This document shows positions 11,618-23,150 of a stretch of 33,189 bases of DNA, piece after piece. Origin of the DNA: Lama guanicoe (taxonomy: Eukaryota); assembly GCA_013239625.1 (NCBI GenBank), contig MU053379.1, positions 4,671,229 through 4,704,417 on the forward strand, in the 5' to 3' direction. Position numbers and translations under genes: made by a program. Under the pieces are notes generated by a model. That model saw nothing but the letters and a program-made list of their open reading frames with translations. It was not told the DNA's origin and did no database searches. Numbering within the stretch: position 1 is the stretch's first letter; every line of letters begins with the position of its first letter.

Positions 11618-11649
<32 letters not shown>
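11618..11649. repeat. Poly-C homopolymer (32 nt; poly-G on the CST3 sense strand)
   Basis: Read directly. Confidence 0.9.
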
Positions 11650-11851
11650 ACTCCTCACCCTTCTCCAGGCATCGAGAGCCAGCGCCCAAGTCCCCTGCAG
11701 TGCCCGTGTGGCCGTGCCAGCTCTCAGCTCCCAGTCTGGCCGCACTCAGAGCCAGTGAGACAAGGGGCTGTCCCTCAGGTGACCGCCCCCACCCGCCCTT
11801 CCATGCACAGCCCGAGACAGTGAACAACTCAAGGGGCAGCTGCTGTGACTG

Positions 11852-11857
11852 TTTAAT
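11852..11857 (-). terminator. CST3 polyadenylation signal ATTAAA (3'UTR about 11835-12082)
   Basis: Plus-strand tttaat, about 225 nt after the stop. Sense context caATTAAAcagt resembles the recalled human CST3 3' end, followed by GT-rich ttgagttgttcactgt. Confidence 0.75.
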
Positions 11858-12082
11858 TGAGCAGAATACAGAACACGTGCACCTGGTGCACTGGGAAAGC
11901 AGTTAGAAGAAGTGCCTTAGAGCCACTGAGCAGCTCAAAGAATGCCGAGAAGCCCTCTCTGTGTCGCTGGGGCCGACGCATGGAGGGGACGTCCCCCAGG
12001 CAGGCCGCCCATCCGAAGCGAGGGTGCTCCGTGGGGGGACGCGCGTGAGAGGCGGTCAGCGAGCCCGCCTGCCGCCTGGCCC

Positions 12083-12166
12083 CTACTCAGCCTGACAGCT
12101 GGACTTCCCCATGGAGACGACGCCCAGCCAGGGGACGGTGTGCACCTGGAAGGAGCAGAGCGTCTT
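12083..12166 (-). CDS. CST3: Cystatin C last coding exon 3: KTLCSFQVHTVPWLGVVSMGKSSCQAE*
   Basis: C-terminal part of track ORF 12083..12565. Polypyrimidine acceptor ctctccctccgcAG precedes 12166. It contains the PW hairpin and second disulfide pair (C97-C117), stop TAG at 12085-12083, and is in frame with exon 2, ending at residue 120 as in human. Confidence 0.96.
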   Translation of the reverse strand, partial: KTLCSFQVHTVPWLGVVSMGKSSCQAE

Positions 12167-12912
12167 CTGCGGAGGGAGAGAGGGACTGTCAGTCAGGGCT
12201 ACAGGTAAAGAGGAGAACGCGCAGCGCCCGGCCCGGACTTCAGAGTGCAGGAGGCGGGGCGGCGGGGGGACCTTCAGCCGCCACGGCCCGAGCCCTGAGC
12301 CCCAAGCCAGATCCGGCAGTGACCTCTCAGTCACCCGCCCACGGCTCCAAGTCCAGGCACTGGCATCATGTCCCCAACCCGTGCAGGGCTCCACAGTGGT
12401 GCCCCCGACACAGCCCTGGAAGGAGAACCCCAGCAAGGCCACAGAGCCCCCGCAGGAGCGGGGCACGTCCCGTCTGCCACTCCGAGTGGCTGGCACTAAG
12501 ACAGGTCCAGGGTGAGGACCCAGGGGCTGGGACCAGGTCCAGGAAAACCCCAGACAAAGGCACAACCTGAGACAGGTGACAAAGCAGTGCAGCCCTCCCA
12601 GAGGCCAAGACCCCCGAGAACGAGTTCGGTAACTGGTGAGCGGGGCTGGATTTCAGCCATCTGCGGCCTCTAATTCTCTGTAATCTGCCGGGGCGGCCGG
12701 ATTAGGGAGCCCTTTCTCCTCCCCGGCTGCTTCCTCACTCCTACAGGCGACAATCCCCAAAGCTCACGGTGCCCCAGTTCCCCAGCAAAAGCCCTCTCAT
12801 AAATGCAGTCTAGTCACATGTGCACACACACGTGCACACCCCCAGCACTCACCCTGGGCCCACCCCCACAGGCACAGGCACACCCGCCCCCCTGCCCCCA
12901 TCAGGCACGTAC

Positions 12913-13026
12913 CCTCTGCAGGTGTGGCTGGTCGTGGAAGGGACAGTTGGCCAAGTCGGGCTGGGACTTGGTGCATGTGGTTCTGCCAATCTCCACTTCC
13001 AAGAAGTAGTTCATCCCGGCCACGAC
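12913..13026 (-). CDS. CST3: Cystatin C coding exon 2 (114 nt, phase 0/0): [38 protein letters not shown]
   Basis: Manual translation of the reverse complement. It carries the (Q)VVAG inhibitory loop and first disulfide pair (C73-C83, human mature numbering), closely matching recalled human [38 protein letters not shown]. Acceptor gtgtccAG at 13028-13027 and donor GTacgt at 12912-12911. 114 nt is the usual type-2 cystatin exon 2 size. Confidence 0.96.
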
Positions 13027-14369
13027 CTGGACACGCGGAGGGCAGATTTGTTTACAACACCCGTCAACTGCACACGCAGTTACCCTCCTCCCGCCACGCC
13101 TCCACGCCAGTGACCCCCGTTCACAGAGCCACGCTCAGAGCTCCCCCCAACAGCTCTGCGCCCCAGGCCCTTGCTGGACTTGTTAACCAGCCGCTCCAGC
13201 AGGTATCTCCCTCAGGAACCCAGAAGGTGGAAGCCAGGGACCCGGTCCAGGAACAGAAGGCGCAGCTCTGGGGAGCCAGTCCGGTGTGGGCGAGCAGCCG
13301 GCCAGCACCCGGAGCCAGGGCAGGGACCAAGCACAAGGTGGCGGCCCCACACCAGGGCCCACACTGCCTCTGCAGGAAGACAGTCGCCTGGTGATTACAC
13401 TTCAGCAAGATCCACTCACCAGTGTGGAGCCCAGAGCCCCTCGCTCCCTGCACGCATCCAGGGCTGACTTACTCCCTCCCGTAAGGAGAGAAAGCATGTG
13501 TGTTTGGGCCAGTAAGAGACCGCCTCTTCACTGCTATTTCTGATGAGAATACTTCTGAAGTGTGCCACATACCCCATGTCTTTGACACCCGAGATTACAG
13601 ACTAGAAGTGAACCCTGTCCTCACACAGGCATTCCAGACGTGCCTCGTTAGAGCTTGGAGAAGCAGGGGTGAAGGGCTGGGACCAGGCTCCAGACCCCGT
13701 GCGGTGGAACCACAGCGAGTCCTGGGGTCCCTCTGCTGCCGGTTCCCCCACGTGGCGGATAAGCTAGTGTCACAGTGGAGAAGTGCAGGCTGGCGGGGAC
13801 CTGGTGAATGGGCAGTGCACATCCCACCCAAAGGGGACAGTGCCAGCCCACTGCTGCAGGGGGAGAAATGCGCCCAGTCCTGAGCCATCTGCTGACACAC
13901 GCAGGACCACGCTTTTGGTGCTATGTGGCTGCATCCTGCTCTTGAGTGGTGGTCTAAATTCTAGCCTTCCTTCAAGGACCAGCCCTTTCTGACCCTCTCT
14001 CTCGTCCCCTTCTCCACTCCAAGCAGGAGCTCCTCATCTGGCCAGAACCCCAGGCAGGCTGGCAGAGGCAAGGGTCACGCTGTCGGTGAAGGCATGCCCA
14101 TCTCAGGGTGGGGGTGGGATGTCACAGCCTGGGGACTGCTGCCATGGATGTGACCTGTGGGCGGAATCTACTGTCCAGGAGCCTTTGGATTCATATACCA
14201 GTGCCCATGCTCCAGGGTGCACAGACACCACGTGGCAGCTCACAGACTCGTCTGTCAGCTGATAACTCATCTGTCACTGCCCCTCCGGGGAGCAGTGAGG
14301 CCCCGCAGGGAGGATATTTGGAATGTCTGCCCTCAACGCCACTGCACAATGAGGACCTGAAGGCCAGGT

Positions 14370-14875
14370 AACTTTAGTGGTACCTGCTGAGAGAAGGCTA
14401 GCATGCCCTTCCGTGTGACCTAAGTCTCATCTCCAGGAAACATCAGGCCAACCCAAATCCAGCGACAGTCTGAGCCTCAACTGGCTGGACCCTTCAGAAA
14501 TAACGCCAAGGTCACGGGACAGAGCAGGGGCCTCCCCAGAGCAAAGGAGGTTGCTGGACAGTGGCTGCAGTGTGTGGCCCAGGAGTGTTCTTGGCTGTAA
14601 AGGACACAGTGGGACGGTCAGCATCATCTGAATAAAGTCTGTGTATTGCATAGCATGCCCTTGTTTTTAGGAAACATACACAAAGGTGTTTACCCTCAAG
14701 AGGGTCAGAGAAACAAACGCATACATACATCCAGACACACAGTAGGATGAGGTACACCGAGCAAACGTGGCAACGTTCTAACGTTAGAGGAATCTGCCGG
14801 AAGAAGCTAGAGGTTCTATGCGCTGTTTTTGCAATTGCTAAGTCTGAAATTATACCAAAATAAAAAGTTTAAGAG
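14370..14875 (+). mobile_element. L1MC-like 3' end in CST3 intron 1 (antisense to gene)
   Basis: ggaaacatcaggccaacccaaat, cccttgtttttaggaaacatacac, agcaaacgtggcaacgttctaac and terminal gaaattataccaaaataaaaagtttaa. Confidence 0.75.
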
Positions 14876-14974
14876 GAAGAAGTGCTTAAAGAATTATTCA
14901 GTGGCAGAGTCAGGAGGGTGGCCAGGCGTGGGTCTGTTTTTTCCCCTCGTCCGTGGTCATTTAGTTGTAAACTC

Positions 14975-16130
14975 AGCCGAGCCCCGGGATCCCGGAGGTT
15001 GGGCCCTGACCGGGCGCCGACCCGGAGAGCCGGCGGGTCCAGCCACTCACGCCGACACCCGGCGATGGGCTGCGGGCGCCGCGAAAGGCCCGGCCGGGGT
15101 GAGAAGCGCGTTAGCGGCAATCCACGCGGCCCCGAGGGGCTTCGGGAGACCCTCCCCAGAGCTGGCGGCCGGCGGCGGCGGGGCTGGTGACGGAGCGCGG
15201 GCCACGCCCCCCAGGAGGCCGGGCCTCCAGCAGTCAGAGCCGCCCCACCCCTGCGCCCCCTGCCTAGCTCCTGGCCTAGCACTGGGGCCCCGCGCCTCCT
15301 CCTCCCCCGGGACCCCCCCCCCCGCGCGCCTCCCCCCTGCGCCGGCACCGCAGTCCCGCGCCCCTAACCCCGGGCCGCGTTACCCCGGCCCCGCGCCTCC
15401 GCTCCCTCNNNNNNNNNNNNNNNNNNNNNNNNNNNNNNNNNNNNNNNNNNNNNNNNNNNNNNNNNNNNNNNNNNNNNNNNNNNNNNNNNNNNNNNNNNNN
15501 NNNNNNNNNNNNNNNNNNNNNNNNNNNNNNNNNNNNNNNNNNNNNNNNNNNNNNNNNNNNNNNNNNNNNNNNNNNNNNNNNNNNNNNNNNNNNNNNNNNN
15601 NNNNNNNNNNNNNNNNNNNNNNNNNNNNNNNNNNNNNNNNNNNNNNNNNNNNNNNNNNNNNNNNNNNNNNNNNNNNNNNNNNNNNNNNNNNNNNNNNNNN
15701 NNNNNNNNNNNNNNNNNNNNNNNNNNNNNNNNNNNNNNNNNNNNNNNNNNNNNNNNNNNNNNNNNNNNNNNNNNNNNNNNNNNNNNNNNNNNNNNNNNNN
15801 NNNNNNNNNNNNNNNNNNNNNNNNNNNNNNNNNNNNNNNNNNNNNNNNNNNNNNNNNNNNNNNNNNNNNNNNNNNNNNNNNNNNNNNNNNNNNNNNNNNN
15901 NNNNNNNNNNNNNNNNNNNNNNNNNNNNCCTCCCCTCCCCACCCCCGCGGCCCCTCCTCCCCGTCACGGTCCCCACTCTGGCCCTCCCCAGCCCGGCTGG
16001 CCGTGGCCTCCCGGGTGTCAGCCCTCTCCCGGCCGCCCGAAGCTGGTAACCCCGAACTCTGTCTCCTGGTCTGAAAGGGGCCATCCGCGCCTGGTCTCGG
16101 CTAGGCGTCCCCGGAGCAGGGCTGTGGTTT
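14975..16130 (-). promoter_or_regulatory. CpG island / CST3 promoter and start of intron 1
   Basis: Very high GC and CpG density on both sides of the gap, with GC-box-like motifs (ccacgccccc, ccgccccac). Position fits the 5' end of the minus-strand gene. Confidence 0.8.
15409..15928. other. Assembly gap (520 N), probably containing CST3 exon 1 and transcription start
   Basis: The N run is seen directly. Exon 1 content is inferred: no signal peptide or N-terminal cystatin coding sequence was found elsewhere upstream of exon 2, and the gap lies in a CpG island about 2.4 kb from exon 2, similar to the roughly 2.2 kb human intron 1. Confidence 0.75.
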
Positions 16131-16329
16131 CCGAGGCAGAGGAGGGTCTGCGCCCTGTCCTGGGAACTTATTTGCCAAACACCAGTGAACTAACCTTTAC
16201 TTGGGAAACGCTCATCGGGTTCTCTTTCTCACAACTCTTATTTATTCAACCAGCAAACCTTTCTGGGACTTCTCCGTGGGTGGGGGAGCGAGGGGCCAGG
16301 GCCTCGGGTGGTAGGGACCCCACCCGATG

Positions 16330-16610
16330 GAGATGTAACGCGAAACTGTGTGTAACTACAGTTTCTAGAAGACGCGTTTAAAAGGGAAAAAATAATAATA
16401 AGCGGGTGAAAACAATACTTTTTATTTAACCCAATATATCCAACGTATTATTTCAACATATGCAGGCAATCGTTAATGAATGCACATTCTTCTGTGTGTA
16501 CCGTCTTTGGAATCCTGTGTGTGTGTTTCACCCTCGGAGCAGGCCCCAGTGCAGACGGCCGTTTCCAGCCCCACCCCACCCCCGGGGTGGTGCGGCTGCC
16601 CCGCCCAGCT
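16330..16610. mobile_element. MER33-like hAT-Charlie DNA transposon
   Basis: ttttatttaacccaatatatccaacgtattatttcaacat core matches recalled MER33. Confidence 0.75.
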
Positions 16611-16861
16611 CCAGGGGGTGTGGGTGTGGGGCGCAGTCATCAGTAATCACGGTCAAGGAGCGACAGGTGCTCTGCTGGAAGTGAAGAGAAGGGTGAAATA
16701 GAGACGGTGCCACTGGACACACAGGGAGGGCTGGGGGGGCCGTGGAGGGGCAGGCCAAGGGGGCAGGAGGGAGCGGAGGCCCAGGTGGTGGGCTGCTCTT
16801 GCCTCTCCCTGGGGGAGCCACACCCCTGGCTCCAGTCCTCTGTCTACGGCTTGGAAAACTG

Positions 16862-17180
16862 CCTTTATTTTTAAAAATCAACTTGAATGAGGTGTGATGT
16901 TCATACAATAAAATGCCTCATTTTATGTGTCCAGACGGCAGACGTTTAGCAAATGCACACACCAGTATTCCTGCCCTGCCAAGGTCGAGAGCATTTCCCG
17001 TGCCGGCAGAGCTTCCTTCTGCGCCCACCCCTGCTCCAGGCCGTGCAGCGGCCTGTCCCCCCGGACCTGGGTTCGGCCTGTTTTGGGACATCCTGCCAAA
17101 GGTGTGTGTCTGGCGCTGGACATCATTTTTGAGCTTCCCCCTTGTTGTGTCCACCTGATTGTTGTTCTCTTTGTCCCAGG
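16862..17180 (-). mobile_element. Old L1M 3' end fragment
   Basis: aacttgaatgaggtgtgatgttcatacaataaaatgcctcattttatgtgtccag. Confidence 0.65.
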
Positions 17181-17576
17181 ACCGAGAGGTCATGGTCAGC
17201 TGAGTGCTGTGGGGGCTGACACACCCTCCAGCCCAGGACAGTGTGGGTCGGGCTCGAGTGTGGCCCCAGGGTGGAGGGGAAGGCTGTCTGAGACGGTCCT
17301 CTTACCTGCCCCTTTTGTGCCGAGGGGCCCTGTGACCAATGGTTGACCTCTGGAGATGGAGCAGAGTCACCAGGAGGCCTCCGGGCCCCTCAGAGTGAAA
17401 CCAGAGGAACATTCCTCGGGGGTGGCCAAGGCGATGGTCAGTCAGTATCCATCCTGACCCGCGGTGGCCTTGGGGCTGGAGTGGCAGGGACCTGGCCCCG
17501 AATCCAGAACAATATTAACAATGAAGATTCACGCTCAGTATTTCTGAGACTCTGTTGCCCGAGGCCCAGTTATAAC

Positions 17577-17987
17577 TGTAGGGCTGGAAATACATTCCCT
17601 GCCCACTTCTAGGTTCTTTGGCTGTCTAATAATTAAATTGCCATGAGACAGATTAACCGGAGAAAGATCAATTAACTCTGTACCTACAGGCGCCCCACAG
17701 AAATGCGACACGGAGGCCGTCAGGCAGTTGAAGCTTATATACCATCCTGAGCTCAGGAAACGAATGGGGGTGGGGGCTTCCGTGGGGGGTCAGGTGCGAC
17801 CCACAGGAAGATGGGAGAGCAGCTGCGGGGGGCTGAGACTCTAAGACTCAGGCTGGCGTAGACACTCCTCCAGGCAGTTAGGAGGTGAGAGGTTTTCCTG
17901 AGCCCGCTGGGTCCTGACGGCCTTCAGCTCCAAACAACCCCCACACCAAAGTGGCACACTTAGGGGCGGTGTCTTCTGCCCCCCTCC
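17577..17987 (-). mobile_element. MER4-group ERV1 LTR (MER34/MER39-like)
   Basis: tgtagggctggaaa start, gagacagattaaccggagaaa, cttatatacc, and gccttcagctccaaacaacccccacaccaaagtggcacacttaggggcgg end. Confidence 0.7.
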
Positions 17988-19971
17988 TCTGCCTCTCCCT
18001 GCTGCGAGCCCAGAGCCTCTAGAAAGGTCTCGTGCCCACCATGCGCGCAGGTGCAGCAGGGCTGCGCTCGCAGGACAGTGGGGGAAAGGAGGCCGTCCGA
18101 GCTCTCTCAGTGACTTAGAAGACAGGAGATCCACGGAGCTGGGAGAGGGGGGCTGTCCCCCACCCCCCACCTTGGCACTTCTGAGCAGCATGAGTGTCTC
18201 TGAAGGGCAGAAACTGGTCCTCACCCGACTTTCTGCGACATGCTGGGCAGCTCAGGAGGGTGCGGTGCAGAGATGGACCCGGTCCTCGATCTGTGTCGGT
18301 GAAAAGAGGTGGGGGCCCAGACGGCCAGAGCCGGCGGTGAGAGTGAGTGTGCTGGGGTGGCCTGAGTGGCGACACGTTGATCACACAGTGAGGAGAGGGG
18401 AGCGTCTTGACACGGCGACATCTCTGATCACAGCCTAGGGTGCCCACCTGCAGCGCAGTCTGCTAAGGCTGGACGTCTGCTCCAGCTGTTTGGATGATCT
18501 TGGCAAACACCACCCACCTGGCGAGGCGGCCACTCTGATAACCATAGTGTCAGCAGTCAGAACCCCAGGGATGGGCAGGCTTCAGTGGGACCGGTAATAC
18601 AGTTTAAAATGATGGAGCAGCCAAGCCCTGAGGCTCCCGGGACAAGCTAGCAGGAACCCAGAGGGAGACAGTGAACTCCAGACCTGGGCAGCTTGGGCAC
18701 CCACACACCTTGAGCTGTGCGGAGGGAGGGGCAGGTCTGCCCAGGAGGGAGCAGGGCGAGGGCTGTGTGTGTGACTGCTGATCTCATGATCCAAATTAGT
18801 CGAGTGAGAAATTGAGGGAGGGAGTGACAGTGGTGCTCAGAAATAAACAATGCTAGGTGGATATTAAGTAAGACTTCAGTAAATACATGACCAAGCGCAT
18901 AAAACATCCCCCAGGGTGGTAAGTGGTCACAGCAGGTGGCCAAGAGTTGAGATTCTTGGAGCAAGGAAACCTCGGTGTCCACAAAGATGGCTTAGACTGA
19001 CTGAGCAGGTCACAGGTCTCCTGGCGTCTTAGCATGGAAAGCTTGGGAACCTCCCTGATGGGGGCAGGGGTTGGTTCGCAGGGCCAAGCCCTGAGGTCCC
19101 TTACGCACACCTTCCCTGCTCCCCTCCCCGCGCCAGGCTCAGGGAGCGCCGGGGGCCTGGGGACTGTGTGCCAGCGTCGCTGGAGCTCTCAGGGCTCGGG
19201 CAGGAGGGGTGCCATGGAGATTGTGGCTGGGACGCTCACAGGAAAGCCTGAGGGAAGCGCCGGGGGAGAGGCAGGAGGAAGCTGGTGCCCCGGGCCACAT
19301 GTAAACGGCCCTCAGGGCTCTGTGCAGCAAGTTTCCACTTATCCTCTGGAACAGCACAGATACCAAGCGGCTCCAGTGTCGGGGTCTGGGGACAGGGGGA
19401 GGGCATCCGAGGATGGGACGGCTGTGCAGTGCCCCTACCCCGGCCCAGGCCTCAGCCTCGGCCGCGAGGAAAGCAGGGCGGCTCTAGGTCGGGTTGAGCA
19501 ATCCCCTTGCTACCTCAGGGCAGTCAGAGTTTCCTGTCAAAGTCGGCCATGCGGTCAGTGTTCCGCCTTCCCGCGCTGCGTGTGCAGCCTTGAGTCCTTG
19601 TTCCTGCAGCTGTCTGAGCGGGCTGCAGGTTAAGGAGGCTCCTGCAGGCGGGGGCTCCTGACCCCTCCGACCAGGCTCAGAGGACAAGCGTCAGAATAAT
19701 ATTTCTTTAACACGAGAGGCCACCAGCCAGTGCTCTGCCCCAGGTTTTGCCTGGCACCTGGGAGAAGGGGGCGGGGGCAGAGAAAGGGGGAGGGCAGACG
19801 GAGAGAGGCGGGGGGGGCAGGGGGCGCGTAGCCCCTGATGTACAGTCACCCAAGTTAGAAGGGTTTTACCGGGAGCACCTGCACACTCGCCACCTCGGTC
19901 CCTCCGTCCGTCCTGCGCTGTGCTTGCCCCCAGCACATGTCTGTCCATCAGTCCGTATCTTAATGGCTGCC

Positions 19972-20109
19972 GTTTTTTTAGTTTTCTTTTTACTGAAATA
20001 TAGTTGATGTCAATATTACATAAGTTACAGGTGTACAATACAGCAATTCATAATTTTTAAGGGTTCTGCTCCGTTTATAGTCATTATACAATACTGGCTA
20101 TGTTCCCTG
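19972..20109 (-). mobile_element. Artiodactyl-type L1 3' end inserted in an older L1MC-like fragment (about 19940-20285)
   Basis: T-rich tail then actgaaatatagttgat...caggtgtacaatacagcaattcataatttttaagggtt...actggctatgttccctg. Flanks continue as cacccttcaccccaaaatacttagcatg...aactagag. Confidence 0.7.
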
Positions 20110-20838
20110 ATTTGACGCACTTTGAAGCTGTTGGCATCAACACCCTTCACCCCAAAATACTTAGCATGTGCAGGGCGTAACTAGAGCTCGATGTTTATTT
20201 ACAGCTTTTTCATTTTCTGTAAAACTTACCTCCAGTGACATGCACAACCCTTGAGCACACGTTTCGCTAGATTTGGACGGATGCAGGAAACCCAAAAAAC
20301 AAAAACCTGTCAGCTACAAATGTGGCCATCACCTCACTCCGACCCTCACCCCCTTCCCCATCACTTGGGTCCTGACCCCGCAGTGGGTAGCCGGCTCGGA
20401 GGGCCTTTTCACCTGGCCTGAGACTCCCTCTCATGCTTCCTCTGTGCGCCTGCAAATCAGCCTCCGCCTACACAGGAGCCCCTCCAGAGGAGGTCGGGGT
20501 GGCAGGGGTCCTCGGGCTCCGGAGAGCAGGTGCACCTGCCTGATGAGGACACCGCTGGGCACGCGGAGCATTCGCAGCTGCTTCTCTTTTTCACTTGAAG
20601 CAACTTCCTCTCCTTCCCTCCCGCTCCCCACTCACCTCCTTCCCTCCCACTCCCCATCCCCAAAGCCAGTTTTAACTTTTGAAAAACAAGATGCCACCAT
20701 CAGTACAGGAAAACTGGATTTTAAGAGGTTACTAATGCTTCCCTGTGTTTGAAAATAAAATTTACTGTCTTTTAAAATATCAAATTAGTACAATATGTTC
20801 CTTATAAAAACAAAGACAAGTGTAAAGGCGGTAGGTCA

Positions 20839-21030
20839 TGTGTGTGCCCGTGGCGGGTGTGTGCCCGTGGCGGGGTGTGCCCGTGGCAGGGTGTGTACCC
20901 GTGGCGGGGGTGTGCCCATGACGGGGTGTGAGCCCGTGATGGGTGTGTGCCCGTGGCGGGGGTGTGCCCGTGGCGGGGTGTGCCTGTGGCAGGATGTGTG
21001 CCTGTGACGGCGTGTGTGCCTGTGTGTGCG
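20839..21030. repeat. Minisatellite, about 17-bp unit tgtgtgcccgtggcggg, about 11 degenerate copies
   Basis: Read directly. It explains the repetitive ORFs 20780..21088 and 20802..21167. Confidence 0.9.
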
Positions 21031-21179
21031 TGAGTGCCGGGGGTGCTGCTTCCCTCCGGAGGCCGGGGGCGACTATCCCTCCTGCCACTGTTGTCGCTGG
21101 CCTCGGGCTGTGAAGGTCTCACATGGCGTTGACAGCCTTGGAGAGCTCTGTCCTGCTCCCTAGCCAACTCGCTATTCCG

Positions 21180-21385
21180 TAGTTTAATTTTTCTGAAATG
21201 CTAGTCATTTGAACTGTTCCCAGTTTGTTTTTTCTGCAGTGAGTAACACTGTGATACACGCTGTGCTGGGGGGAAAAGTCTCCGTGTGTATTTTGGATGA
21301 TTTTCTTCCTAGAACTGGAATTTTGGGGACAGAAGCTACAAAGATTTTTTTGGATACATATTGCCAGATTGTTTTCTGGAAAACA
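21180..21385 (-). mobile_element. Old L1ME-like fragment
   Basis: ttcccagtttg...ttcctagaactggaatt...ttttggatacatattgccagattgttttctggaaa. Confidence 0.6.
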
Positions 21386-22424
21386 ACGCCTGACCCAGTC
21401 AGGCACCAGCAGGGGCCGGAGCAGCGCGTTGCGCGTCGTTTCTTTTGCAGGTAGGCAAGGTGCAGCCCTGCACGGCCCTGCTTCGCCGGCCCGGGCCCGG
21501 TGCTGTCCGCCCGCCCGCCCAGGACTGCGGCCTTGCTGCCCGCCCCGCCCTGGCTCGGCCTTGCGTGGCTCCTCCCCCATGAACCACGTTAACGGTTCTG
21601 CGTCTGCGCTGCTTACTCAGCCGTGCATTTGGTGAGCATCCATGGAACACAGGACGCGAGGTGCTGGCTTTAAAGATGGACTAGCTCAGCTGCTGCCCTC
21701 CAGAAGTCTTGGCCTGGTGAGGACAAGACACAGAAAAAAGCATTTCAACAGAGCGTGATGTGACTGTCACAGATGAGGGAAGGCCCGGAGGCGGTGCTCC
21801 CCGCCCCGGACAAGAAGCCTGGTGGTGGCTGCTCCCGCTCTGCTGGGCGAGGTGCGAAGAGACCCCTGTCCGGCCTGCCCCGCCCGTCCTGCCCGGCCCA
21901 GCCGGCCCCCGGGCCTCCAGCACCCTGAGCACCGTCCCCCGGACGCCCCGTCCACACTCACGGCTCCAATACCCACCAAGCCCACAACCCCCCCGGTGTC
22001 TCAGCACCGACCTCTACCCTGCGTGACAGTGTGACTCACACAGGGACTCCTGCCTTTGAAGTTCGCGTTACGCCACCTCGCTTTTACCAAAGGCCTACGC
22101 TAGGACCTGCTTTCACGGACGGAAAGAAAGCCAAAGAGGATTTCCACTGCTGCACAAAAGGCGAAAGGTGAAAATCGCACTGGCGTTTGTCTTCAGCGAG
22201 GCTTTACGGGGGCGGAGGGTGGTCCCGCAACCCCTTCCGCAGGAACCACATGGGGCGCCCCGCTGCCAGAGCCGTGGCCGGAGCCGTGGGCACCTGGGCT
22301 CTACCTCCGTTTCCTCTGCGTGTCTGTCGGCCAGGTGCACCCTAAGGCCCTGCTTCTTCGCTGCTCGCCACTTCCTGTATGGAAGTTTCCTAGCAAGGCT
22401 CTGCTTCCGGATAGCAGGGAAAAC

Positions 22425-23150
22425 CGGTAACAAGAAATATACTTGGTCTTTGTCCCCATTCCTGGCACTGCGCCTGAAACTTGCGATTTCTGAAGTTATG
22501 TGACAGCCATAAAGGTGTCTTTTCGTTACACAGTGAGGAGACTTTTGGACCCCACCCAGGACTGGGGCTGGGTTCCAGGGGGGCCCAACTATGCGGTTAG
22601 GGGGTTGGAAATTTCAGTCTCCCTCCCCCGACCCCTGGGGAGGGGAGAGGGGCTGGAGGCTGAATCAGTCTCCGATGGCCCAGGATTTCATCGATCAGAC
22701 CTTTGCAATAAAGCTTCCATAAAAACCCCAAAGGACAGGGTTGCACGAACTTCCGGGTTGGTGCACGGGTGGAGATCTGGGGAGAGCTCACACCTTCCCC
22801 TCCCCCTGCCCGGCGCACCTCTTCATCTGGCTGCTCCTGAGTCCTATCCGTTTATAACGAACTGGTGATCTAGGAAGTAAACTGCTTCTCTGAGTCCCGC
22901 GAGCCACTCGAGCACATGGATCGAACCTGAGGAGGGTCACGGGACGCTCCCGTCTAGTCGGAAGCACAGGGCGTCTGAAGTACGGTGAGGGGCCCAGATG
23001 GTGCGACTGGCTTAACCCGGGGTCTGACGTCACCTCCACGTAGATGGTGTCAGTATTGAGTTGAACTGTAGGACACTCAGCTGGTGTCACAGTGTTGTAC
23101 GAGGTCTGGGGAGAAGCCCACACGTCTGAATTGGTGACCAGAAGCAGTAA
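22425..23150 (+). mobile_element. MER21-like LTR
   Basis: ttggtctttgtccccattcctggcac, ggggaggggagaggggctggag, ccataaaaacccc, ctcttcatctggctg, gtagatggtgtcagtattgagttgaactgtaggacactcagctggtgtc. Confidence 0.8.

Noticed and set aside
11227..11858. Perfect 12-bp inverted repeat (aattaaacagtc at 11227-11238 and 11847-11858) overlapping the polyA signal
   Set aside because: Roughly one such pair is expected by chance at this spacing in 33 kb, and the match does not extend.
12167..12565. N-terminal part of ORF 12083..12565
   Set aside because: Intron 2 read-through; only the last 27 codons are cystatin.
14829..16084. Long ORFs of 406, 234 and 192 aa spanning the gap
   Set aside because: Artefacts of translating through Ns in a CpG island.
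20839..21030. Possible CRISPR-like array
   Set aside because: Head-to-tail repeats without unique spacers in mammalian DNA.
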